From NCBI GenBank assembly GCA_963809485.1, contig CAWEJX010000012.1, forward strand, positions 78,185-142,184: a DNA stretch of 64,000 nucleotides, written 5' to 3'. How positions within the stretch are numbered: the stretch's first letter is position 1; every line of letters begins with the position of its first letter. This document shows, piece by piece, positions 10,415-18,449 of this stretch. The translations under genes were made by a program, and so were the position numbers. The DNA is from an uncultured Acidobacteriota bacterium (GTDB taxonomy: Bacteria; Acidobacteriota; UBA6911). The notes beneath the pieces are model-generated. The model ran no database searches. It was not told where the DNA came from and saw nothing but the letters and a program-made list of their open reading frames with translations.

Positions 10415-11440
10415 TTATTTCGGCCGGATCCCTTTCGAATAATTCACCCGGCCTACATAGAATTCCTCCTCAGGCTCGCGCGGCGTTACACCTGCCCTTT
10501 TCAGGCCTGCCCGCATGGCATCCTTCAAGCGCTGGAACAGGAATGACGTCGGTTTCCTGAACATGCCTCCATTCCCGCCAGTCAGCCACTGCATGTATTT
10601 CATTCCCAGCATCCCGCCCTGAAACGCGGCATCCCGGGCGCCCATAATTATCGGAGTCAGCTCCCAGTAGAGTTCCATCCCTTTGGAGAACTCTCCTTGA
10701 GCGAACAGATTGAACATCCGGACTATTCTTGGATTCTCCGCTGTCTGGTCGAAGATTACGTAGTCGGCCGGCCCCGCCCACTGTTGTCCGTATTTGGCGA
10801 CAGTGATCGGCCATTCCGCCATTTCTGCGGCCTGAAGCAGCACTTGATCGCCGACACGATGGTGAACGTCAACCCACTTTCCAAGGCCGTCACTGAGATA
10901 GGCCTTTATTGCCACTACGTTGGGTATTTGACAGATTCTCTCGATGAGCGCCGGATTGAACATGCTTGGATGAAATCTTCCGAAATCGTAAAAAGGTTTC
11001 GGCCAGAGATCGACAGCGAGGTTGATGGAATCGCATATCTTTTGGGTGACGCGATAGATGTCCTCTTCCGATTTGGCATAAAAGTTGCCCGGCCAGCCCA
11101 AAAGAGTGTGGGTTCCGCCCACGCTTTCGAAATAATTCAGCAATTCTATCGATTGATCGGCATCGTCAAGGGCTCCGAACATGGACACAAGAACTTTGCC
11201 CTTGGCTTCTTCAGCGACAATTCTTACAAATTGCCTGCGCTCTTCATTGCTCAAAGCGCTGACTTCTAAGGCGCAAAATACGCTGAACATGCCTTTTTCT
11301 ATGTTGTGCCTGACGTCGTGCCGGATCCCTTCCTCATCCAGCGCCTCGAGGTCCGGAGTGTACGAGGGTTGAATGACTCCATCCAATCCGCGATAGTGCT
11401 TTTTGGCCCATGCCTTCGCTTCTGGTTTTGTAAATTCCAT
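10415..11440 (-). CDS. Dihydrodipicolinate synthase / N-acetylneuraminate lyase family (class I aldolase) protein
   Basis: The ORF is 341 aa. The family layout is present, with the putative Schiff-base Lys in IPNVVAIKAY. It is a paralogue of 11513..12559 and 16828..17874. Confidence 0.7.
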   Translation of the reverse strand: MEFTKPEAKAWAKKHYRGLDGVIQPSYTPDLEALDEEGIRHDVRHNIEKGMFSVFCALEVSALSNEERRQFVRIVAEEAKGKVLVSMFGALDDADQSIELLNYFESVGGTHTLLGWPGNFYAKSEEDIYRVTQKICDSINLAVDLWPKPFYDFGRFHPSMFNPALIERICQIPNVVAIKAYLSDGLGKWVDVHHRVGDQVLLQAAEMAEWPITVAKYGQQWAGPADYVIFDQTAENPRIVRMFNLFAQGEFSKGMELYWELTPIIMGARDAAFQGGMLGMKYMQWLTGGNGGMFRKPTSFLFQRLKDAMRAGLKRAGVTPREPEEEFYVGRVNYSKGIRPK

Positions 11441-11512
11441 AAACAGCTCCTTGCAGTGGTGATAACGCGTTTTATCCGTTATCGCATATACATAGGTGTC
11501 TTCTATTTCGTG

Positions 11513-12559
11513 TCATGCCTCATATTTTTTGAGCCTGTAACCTTTTGCATAATTTACGCGGCCCACATAAAACTCCTCCTCCGGCTCACGCGGAGTAATT
11601 CCCAGGGCTTTCATACCGGCCCTGATGGCATCCTTTTGATAATCGTACAGACGGCCTGTAGGCTGCCGGACGGTTCCGCCATTTCCGCCGGCGCACCAGT
11701 GAGCGTATTTATCCGATAGAGCGGTCACGATGCCGGTGTGAAAGTAGGAATCCGCCAACGACCCCTGTGCGCCCGGCCGGGACATCCCCCAGAAGATATC
11801 CATAGCCTTGTCGATCTCGCCCTTGATTAAATTGTCGAATATCCTCACGATTCGCGGATTCTCAGGAGTCTGCATACAATAAAAAGGCCCTGCGCCGGCC
11901 CACTGCTGCCCGTACTTCGGGATAGTGAAAAACCATCTGTCCGGCATCGGATCACTGACCAGGATTCGATCACCGCAAAGATGGAAAGCCTGAATGGTGA
12001 GTGCAAGGGAACTGCCGCCGGTGACTTTCATCGCCACGACGTTGGGGATGTCGCAAATTCGGCGCATCACGTCCGGCGGGAAATAACTTGGATGGAAATG
12101 CCATGTGTGCAGCCGGCCGGGATAAAACGTTATTGCCAGGTTGGTGGACTCGCACATGAATTTATACATCTGGAAAATGTCTTCTTCCGACCGGGGGTAA
12201 TATTGCACCGGATGGGCAAGCGTGACATGAGTGCCGCCGACCTTTTCGATATGATGCAGCATCTCGATATCCTGCTCGACCGTGTCCTGCATGACGCTTA
12301 CGGAACTGTGCATTTTGCCTTTGGCTTCGTCGCAGACTATCTGCACGAATTGCTTCCGTTCCTCGAATGTCATGCCGCAGGCCTCGGGCGCAGCCATTAT
12401 CGAAGTAAAGCCATTGGCGTAAATCTGGTTGACATCGAAACGGATGCCATCGTCATCCAGCTTTTCAAGGTCGGGAGTGAAAGAAGGGAAAATCGGCACT
12501 TCCAGGCCTTTCATATGCTTCTTTGCCCACAATTTAGCTTCTGATTTGGTGTATTCCAT
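11513..12559 (-). CDS. DapA/NAL-family class I aldolase paralogue
   Basis: The ORF is 348 aa, with IPNVVAMKVTGG. It is about 75% identical at the protein level to 16828..17874. Confidence 0.7.
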   Translation of the reverse strand: MEYTKSEAKLWAKKHMKGLEVPIFPSFTPDLEKLDDDGIRFDVNQIYANGFTSIMAAPEACGMTFEERKQFVQIVCDEAKGKMHSSVSVMQDTVEQDIEMLHHIEKVGGTHVTLAHPVQYYPRSEEDIFQMYKFMCESTNLAITFYPGRLHTWHFHPSYFPPDVMRRICDIPNVVAMKVTGGSSLALTIQAFHLCGDRILVSDPMPDRWFFTIPKYGQQWAGAGPFYCMQTPENPRIVRIFDNLIKGEIDKAMDIFWGMSRPGAQGSLADSYFHTGIVTALSDKYAHWCAGGNGGTVRQPTGRLYDYQKDAIRAGMKALGITPREPEEEFYVGRVNYAKGYRLKKYEA

Positions 12560-12625
12560 ATTTGTCTCCCCGGTCCGATTGCAGATTTCCGATTGAATAA
12601 GGTCTATTCAATCCGCGACCCGCGG

Positions 12626-13679
12626 TTATTCAATCACCCTGGTAATAGAGCCATTCCCAAAGGTTGGAATAAAGCATGAATGCTTTCCCGGTCCACCCAA
12701 AACCATTACGACAAAGTCATCCTTATGGGCGATCGGCATCCATTCACAGTCTGTAAATTCACCATACTTTTCAGGGAATTTTCTCCTGTACTGGAGATTT
12801 TCTTCAGACAAACTCTTTTTAGAGAAGCGAGCATTTTCAAAAAGAAATTCCCTAATCTGCTCCTTTGAAAATCCGTCTTTGGCGATCGCCGCTGCATGTT
12901 CCGGGCACAGCATCAAGACAGGTTCGCCGGTGAAAAAAAGCGCATTGTTGCTGCCCGGTTGAGCCATAGTAGCGGCAATGGTCCTCAATAAGTCTTTGCC
13001 AAGGACACTGTTATGTTCATTGATATTGTGGGGGCCTTCCGCAGCAAACACAGTGACCGTGCTATCCCCGGCTTTGAAAGCCTCTCTCAACATGGAAAGG
13101 CTGCCACGGACTTTCCTCTTCGTTTTCGGCAACGCAGTAGGTGTATTTTCCAGGCTGACCCTGCGTGGACTTGTCGATCTCGCCCGGCATGGCCCCTCCG
13201 ATGTTGATCAGGATCAACCTGACGGCGCGGCCTATGGTTGCATTGGCTCTGACTCCAGGTCCGAATGCATTGCCTTTGCCGTTCAATCCTATTCTTTGCG
13301 CGATGGGACCGTTGACCACGATCAAGGGACTGCAGGGATGCGTTGTTGATTGCACGCCCCGGAGCCCGAATTTCTCATCAGACATCGCCTTCAGGGCAGC
13401 GACAATCACCGGCAAATACTCGGGCAGGCATCCAGCCATCACGGCATTGATGGCAGTCTTTTCCAGCGTGGCGGCTCCCATCCTTGGAGGAAGGATCGCC
13501 ACAACTTCCTGCGGATCCCCATTGCCGATAGCGGACAGCATTCTGCGTACCCGCTCCTCCGTGGGTGCGATGATCGGCAGGCCGTCGCTCCAGCCAAACT
13601 TGATGAAGGCGTTGTTTACAGCGTCTTCACAATTCTCAACGCGAACTTTTTTCGATACCAGCCTGCGGACGTTTTCCAC
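12626..13679 (-). CDS. Stand-alone C-domain of the two-domain family (no UGSC module); +1 frame break near 13076
   Basis: GTG 13679 follows GAGGTGAT. The sequence reads FGWSDGLPIIAPT, INAVMAGCLPEYLPVIVAA, ANATIGRAVRLILINIGG and AENEEESPWQPFHVERGF. It then continues in the +1 frame as KAGDSTVTVFAAEG..., which is ORF 12626..13132. Confidence 0.75.
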
Positions 13680-13700
13680 CGGAGATCACCTCTGCATGAA

Positions 13701-14579
13701 TCAGGCGCTCAATCCGAGCAGTTTGGCCGGATTTTTCTTGGCCATCAGGGTAATTTCTTCCTCGCCTATGCCATATTTAATCAAAGTGACTATAAACATT
13801 CTCATGCCTTCGACAGGCAGCGGGTTCCATATTTGCCCGAGATCCGTCGACATAATGCACTTTTCGGCGCCCACTGCCTTGATTACGTCCACCATCTCGG
13901 CGGGATCATGTCTGAACTCGGATGCCTGGAAGGCCAGGAAGGTGCACTCGATAAAAGCGCCGTTCTTTGCCAGCTGAATCAGATCCTGCTTGGTGAAAGC
14001 CTCGGAAAAAAACTCGTGATCCAGAGGATGCGTGACCACAAATTTATCGATGCCCAATCTGCGGGCTTCCGCTTCCAGGGCAAACGTCTCGGTCGGCGAC
14101 ATGTGCCCGCTTGCCAGAACCATATCGTGTTTCTTGATGATCGGGAGCATCGGACCGATCTCCGGCACCAGGCGCCCCTTGCTATCCAGGATCGAGTACC
14201 CCTCTCCTTTAAGGGGAAGCCCGAGTCCTCTCATTTTGGAAATGGAGTTGGTGGATGAGAATGTCGGCATCCAGACCACGCGCGCCCCTGCTCTCGCGGA
14301 ATATTCGACCGCATACACATTCAATCCGCCCATTTCATAGTCCAGGCAGACGCTGCCAAATGCGGTGAAATCAGGAACCAGCTGGTTCACCATCATCGCT
14401 ATTGGAGCGGACGGGTAGAAGTGGTTTTTTATGACGAAGGCTTTCATCCCGGCCTGCTTCGCCTGATTGGCAGCTTCCAGTGCATCCACCCGGCATTTGA
14501 AGGCGTCGGGGCCGGGATGAAAATGCATATCGATGGATCCTGACAGCAATTCGTCATAGTCAATGATCTTCATGGCCAT
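13701..14579 (-). CDS. Metal-dependent hydrolase of the amidohydrolase superfamily
   Basis: The ORF is 292 aa. It has an N-terminal H-x-H motif (SIDMHFHPGPD), later His and Asp residues, and a TIM-barrel-sized length. It sits between the stand-alone UGSC gene and the stand-alone C-domain gene. Confidence 0.6.
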   Translation of the reverse strand: MAMKIIDYDELLSGSIDMHFHPGPDAFKCRVDALEAANQAKQAGMKAFVIKNHFYPSAPIAMMVNQLVPDFTAFGSVCLDYEMGGLNVYAVEYSARAGARVVWMPTFSSTNSISKMRGLGLPLKGEGYSILDSKGRLVPEIGPMLPIIKKHDMVLASGHMSPTETFALEAEARRLGIDKFVVTHPLDHEFFSEAFTKQDLIQLAKNGAFIECTFLAFQASEFRHDPAEMVDVIKAVGAEKCIMSTDLGQIWNPLPVEGMRMFIVTLIKYGIGEEEITLMAKKNPAKLLGLSA

Positions 14580-14590
14580 GTGTGCTCTCC

Positions 14591-15164
14591 CTATCGCGTG
14601 CCGACAAGCACCGCGACTATGGTATCAACAGCATTTTCAGCCTTTTTTCGCACTTCCTCCGGGGTAACGCCTGCAAGGGGATGCGGAATCGTAACCAGGC
14701 GCGGAGCCGATATCCCCCTGGCCATGTGAAACTGATTTGGCCAACGACAGGAATGCATCGCTGCAAATGATGGCCGTCGGAATCCCTCTCTTTTCCAATT
14801 CTGTCGAATCGTGGATACTCCACGATGTGCAGGAACCTCAATCGCAGATCCCATAAACAATGGCGTCACATTTGGGCGCAAGCTGCTTCATCTCTTCCGG
14901 AGTCAGGGGAACCGTCGCGCCGGTCCCTCCTTTTTTAATGTGGACAATCTCCGCAAATTGAAATTTTTGACGGAGTGCTGCTTCCACATGATCCAAAAAA
15001 ATATCGAAGTTGGGTTTGCGGTTATCCACCAAGCCGATGACCTTGCCATTCAGGTCATCCAGACACATTGCGATGTGTTCTTGTTTTACAGTCGTGGTTG
15101 CAGTCGGATCCAATACTTCGATATATTCTTTCACTCTATTCGCCCTGAAATGTCGGAATTCCAA
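14591..15164 (-). CDS. Stand-alone UGSC-family selenoprotein (about 190 aa). Sec codon is at 14840..14838. A +1 frame break lies near 14732.
   Basis: ...KCDAIVYGICD-TGA-GSCTSWSIHDSTELEKRGIPTAIICSDAFLSLAKS. The sequence then continues in the +1 frame as HMARGISAPRLVTIPHPLAGVTPEEVRKKAENAVDTIVAVLVGTR, which is the tail of ORF 14591..14881. Confidence 0.75.
14808..14826 (-). promoter_or_regulatory. SECIS-like stem-loop 11 nt downstream of the UGA at 14840..14838
   Basis: The mRNA reads UGA-GGUUCCUGCAC-[AUCGUGGA GUA UCCACGAU], an 8-bp stem. Confidence 0.55.
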
Positions 15165-15169
15165 AAACT

Positions 15170-16090
15170 CTACAGTTGATCCATCAGCCTTTGTATCGCG
15201 ATTGCTGCCGTCGCGCCATCTCCTACTGCAGTGACTATCTGTCCCCGGGAATTGCTTCGGATGTCACCCGCCGCGAAAATATTGGGGAGGTTTGTTTGCA
15301 TCATTTCATTCACCAGAATGCGTCCCTGGTTGTCGAGTGACAGTAGATTTCTGATAAAGCCGGTGTTCGGATCGGTTCCCACGGCGATCAGGACGCCATC
15401 GATACTGAGGGTTTCGGTCTTTTGTGTCGCCCTGTCGTAAATCTCAACCGCTTCAACCTTGCCGCTACCTGATATCTTGACCAGCTCTGCGCCGCATCGA
15501 AGCTCGATCTTGCTATTGGAACTAATCCTTTCCTTGAGAACCGCGGAAGCGGAAATCGTCCCTTCGACCTCGATCAGATACACTTTGGCTGCGATCCTGG
15601 CCAGGTAGAGAGCCTCGGTGACGCCCCTGTCTCCGGCGCCGCATACAACCACTGTCTTATCGTGAAACTGACCGCCGTCACAAAGAGCGCAATCAAATAC
15701 GCCCTTCTCCTCCAGTTCCCGCTCCCCGGGTATATTCAGTTTCCTGGGACGGCAGCCGCTGGCAATTATCAGCACTTTAGCCGTGAAGTATCTCCCGTCG
15801 GTCAGCTGCACGCAGGTCGATTCGGAATACGATTCGATCCCGGCGACCTCGGCCATTTCCATCTGCAGGCCCGAGTTGACGGCCTGGATCGTCATTTCCG
15901 AAGCCAGCTGGGGCCCTGCGACGCCGTCACTGAATCCGGGATAATTCTCGATCCAGTCGGCATTCTTAATGCTGCCGCCAAAACCATCCTTATCAACCAG
16001 CAGGGTCCGATACTTGCCCCGGCTCAAATAGAGGCCGGCCGTAAGCCCCGCAGGGCCTCCACCAATTATTATGGCATCAAAGTCCCACAT
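15170..16090 (-). CDS. Thioredoxin-reductase-like pyridine nucleotide-disulfide oxidoreductase
   Basis: The ORF is 306 aa. It has FDAIIIGGGPAGLTAG (FAD-binding), the redox motif CALCDG in the position of the TrxB CATCDG, a second Rossmann fold (VVVCGAGDRGVTEA) and a C-terminal AAGD motif. It is the first gene of the long minus-strand gene string. Confidence 0.75.
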   Translation of the reverse strand: MWDFDAIIIGGGPAGLTAGLYLSRGKYRTLLVDKDGFGGSIKNADWIENYPGFSDGVAGPQLASEMTIQAVNSGLQMEMAEVAGIESYSESTCVQLTDGRYFTAKVLIIASGCRPRKLNIPGERELEEKGVFDCALCDGGQFHDKTVVVCGAGDRGVTEALYLARIAAKVYLIEVEGTISASAVLKERISSNSKIELRCGAELVKISGSGKVEAVEIYDRATQKTETLSIDGVLIAVGTDPNTGFIRNLLSLDNQGRILVNEMMQTNLPNIFAAGDIRSNSRGQIVTAVGDGATAAIAIQRLMDQL

Positions 16091-16235
16091 CGATTCCTCC
16101 TCTCGGTCTTGCGCATGCCGGAGGATGGCCGGACAATTGGAACTCCCAAGTGACGGGAGTATGCCTCAGGCGGAGGAGCTGATCCCTGATCAGGATGCAC
16201 CCCGCTGAGCCAATCGGATCATTTACCCGAAGCTA

Positions 16236-16302
16236 TTGACAAAAATCATAAACTACTTTATATCTAACCTACATTATGTACGTATACGTACTAGGGTACG
16301 AA
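16236..16302 (+). promoter_or_regulatory. Sigma70-like promoter followed by a perfect 14-bp palindromic operator
   Basis: TTGACA is at 16236-16241, then a 17-nt spacer, then TATATC at 16259-16264. GTACGTATACGTAC is at 16278-16291, followed by the flank TAGGGTACGAA. The element lies in the divergent control region between 16090 (minus) and 16828 (plus). Confidence 0.55.
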
Positions 16303-16399
16303 TAATTTTTTCTTATCATACGTAAAGCTTGGTTTAAAATCAAAATAAAAGGAAAATGAAGGTCAGGTCGCGCATCCGCTGAACCAATGATCTTGTTTT

Positions 16400-16790
16400 C
16401 GAGAATGTTTTCCGCAGCCGGGCATCCTGGGAGCCTGGACGGTTTCAATGCATTTATGAATGGAATCAATTCCAAAACCAACAACTGGAAAGATACCGTG
16501 ATTCTCGACTGGCGGGATAAGGTGGCTGGGGGATGGAACCGATCAATGAAGCCTCCATGGGGATGGCTTCGGTCCCCTGCTTCGATAGCGGGCTGATTTA
16601 TGCCACGACGGACAAGTACTATCACGGGTGCAACGGCGGTATGCTGAGACAGCCGGTGCCGGGATTGTATGATTATCAGAAACCGAGGATTCGGGCATCT
16701 TTAACAGCCGGGGGAATGACTCCGCGATAAGCTCAAGAAGAAAAGTTCTACGTAGGCAGGACCAATTATGCCGGAGGAGCGAGGTAAGGA
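16400..16790 (+). pseudogene. Relic of a DapA/NAL-family gene: the C-terminal third only, with frame changes and an in-frame TAA
   Basis: ...ATTDKYYHGCNGGMLRQPVPGLYDYQKPRIRASLTAGGMTPR-TAA-AQEEKFYVGRTNYAGGAR matches ...SDKYSHWCNGGNGGTVRQPTGRLHDYQKERIRAGLRALGFTPREPEEEFYVGRVNYAKGAR of the intact copy immediately downstream. Confidence 0.65.
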
Positions 16791-16827
16791 ACCAGGGTTC
16801 AATAAAACGTGGAGGGCGGAATAGAGA

Positions 16828-17874
16828 ATGGAATTTTCCAAGCATGATGCCAAGGACTGGGCAAAACAGAATCTGAAAGGACTGGAAGCAGTAATTTTCC
16901 CGTCATTTACACCGGATTTGAAAGAACTCGACGAAGAGGGCGTTCGATACGATGTAAATCATCTTATTGCCAACGGTTTTACATCTGCATTGGTCGCGCC
17001 GGAAACCTGCGGAATGACTTTTGAAGAGCGAAAAAGGCTTGTCGAAATAGTGTGCGACGAAGCAAAGGGGAAAATACACACGTCGGTCGCTGTGATGCAG
17101 GATAGCGTCGAAGAAGATATCGAGATGCTGCAGCATATCGAAAAAGTCGGAGGAACCTTTGCCTTGCTCGGCCACCCGGTACAGTACCATCCCCGGTCGG
17201 TCGAGGATATTTTCGGGATGTATAAACACATGTGCGATTCGACAAATATCGCGATAGTGTTTTACGCCGGTCGACTCCATACCAGGAAATTTCATCCGAG
17301 CTGTTTTCCTCCCGAGCTCCTGCCACGGATAGCCGATATCCCTAATGTTGTAGCCATGAAAGTCGGCGGAGGGAGTTCGATGGCAATCACGGTGATGTCT
17401 TTTCGTCTGTGCGGCGATAAAATCCTGGTCAACGACCCGACGCCCGACAGGTGGTTTGTTACCGTGCCCCAATACGGTCAGCAATGGGCAGGCGCCGCGC
17501 CTTTTTACGCAATGCAAACTCCCGAAAGACCGCGTATGGTTAATATGTTTAATCTGCTGGTGAAGGGTGAAATAGATAAAGCAATGGATATTTACTGGGA
17601 GGCGGCTTCTCCTGCAGAAGGCGGAGAAGAACCGGCCGGCTCCTATTTTCATTCGGGTGTTGTTACCGCTTTGAGCGATAAATATTCACACTGGTGCAAC
17701 GGGGGCAACGGCGGTACCGTCCGGCAACCTACAGGCCGGCTCCACGACTACCAGAAAGAGAGGATAAGGGCAGGGCTGAGAGCGCTGGGATTTACTCCTC
17801 GTGAACCCGAAGAGGAATTTTACGTCGGCAGGGTTAACTACGCCAAGGGAGCCAGATTGAAAAAATACACTTAA
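16828..17874 (+). CDS. DapA/NAL-family class I aldolase paralogue
   Basis: The ORF is 348 aa. A GGAGGG ribosome-binding site precedes it, and it carries IPNVVAMKVGGG. Confidence 0.7.
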   Translation: MEFSKHDAKDWAKQNLKGLEAVIFPSFTPDLKELDEEGVRYDVNHLIANGFTSALVAPETCGMTFEERKRLVEIVCDEAKGKIHTSVAVMQDSVEEDIEMLQHIEKVGGTFALLGHPVQYHPRSVEDIFGMYKHMCDSTNIAIVFYAGRLHTRKFHPSCFPPELLPRIADIPNVVAMKVGGGSSMAITVMSFRLCGDKILVNDPTPDRWFVTVPQYGQQWAGAAPFYAMQTPERPRMVNMFNLLVKGEIDKAMDIYWEAASPAEGGEEPAGSYFHSGVVTALSDKYSHWCNGGNGGTVRQPTGRLHDYQKERIRAGLRALGFTPREPEEEFYVGRVNYAKGARLKKYT

Positions 17875-18004
17875 TGCTGGTCCGGTTGACTTCGCACCCT
17901 ATCACATAATGCTCTACGCCACGTCGGAAAAAGATTTTTACCAGGCGACCCCAAAATGCATGCGATGCTTCCAGCGTAACCGTAGACCTCTGGTTTAACC
18001 ACTA

Positions 18005-18320
18005 TCGGCTAAAGCCGGTAGAATCCTTTGCGACTGAAAGTCGCTGGCGGCGAAAGCCACTTGAGGCCCGAAGGGCCGGCATTGAATTGGCCCGGCCGTC
18101 AGGCCGGGAAGAGGATCGAGGCTAACAAGAGCGCCAAAGGCGCGGCACCTTCATTCCCGTTTGTGCCGGCCCTTCGGGCCTCATTGCCCAACAAGTTCAA
18201 TCCCGAGCTGACGCTCCGGCCTATTTCTTGCCGGCCCTTCGGGCCTGAAAATCAAGCTGAAAGATTACCGCCTGAAAGGCGATGGGCTTGAACCGGGCGA
18301 TTGAGCTAAAGGCGCAGGTT
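18005..18320 (+). repeat. Cluster of about 9 short GC-rich hairpins with A-rich or UUC loops, including an 18-20-nt repeat present three times
   Basis: The hairpins include cggc-taaa-gccg, gcgac-tgaaa-gtcgc, ggc-gaaa-gcc, ggccc-gaa-gggcc, cccggcc-gtca-ggccggg, gcgcc-aaa-ggcgc, ggccc-ttc-gggcc (twice) and cgcc-tgaaa-ggcg. The sequence tgaggcccgaagggccggca (18062-18081) recurs as its reverse complement near 18164-18183 and about 18229-18246. Confidence 0.5.
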
Positions 18321-18361
18321 AAAGTATTGGGCTGCTTCTGCACATTTAACACAGATATATA

Positions 18362-18375
18362 CAGCGTATACATAC
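18362..18375 (+). promoter_or_regulatory. Degenerate copy (10 of 14) of the GTACGTATACGTAC operator, upstream of the GRE gene
   Basis: CAGCGTATACATAC lies 75 nt upstream of ATG 18450. A second ACGTATAC half-site is at 18398-18405. Confidence 0.3.
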
Positions 18376-18449
18376 GGTGATTATCTTATTTCAGGCAACG
18401 TATACTCTGCACGGAAACAGGGACAGGATAACGGCGAGGGGGGCAGAAA

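Noticed and set aside
18005-18320. A CRISPR array.
   Set aside because: There is no constant-length direct repeat alternating with unique spacers. The elements are short self-complementary hairpins of varying sequence, and no cas genes are present in the window.
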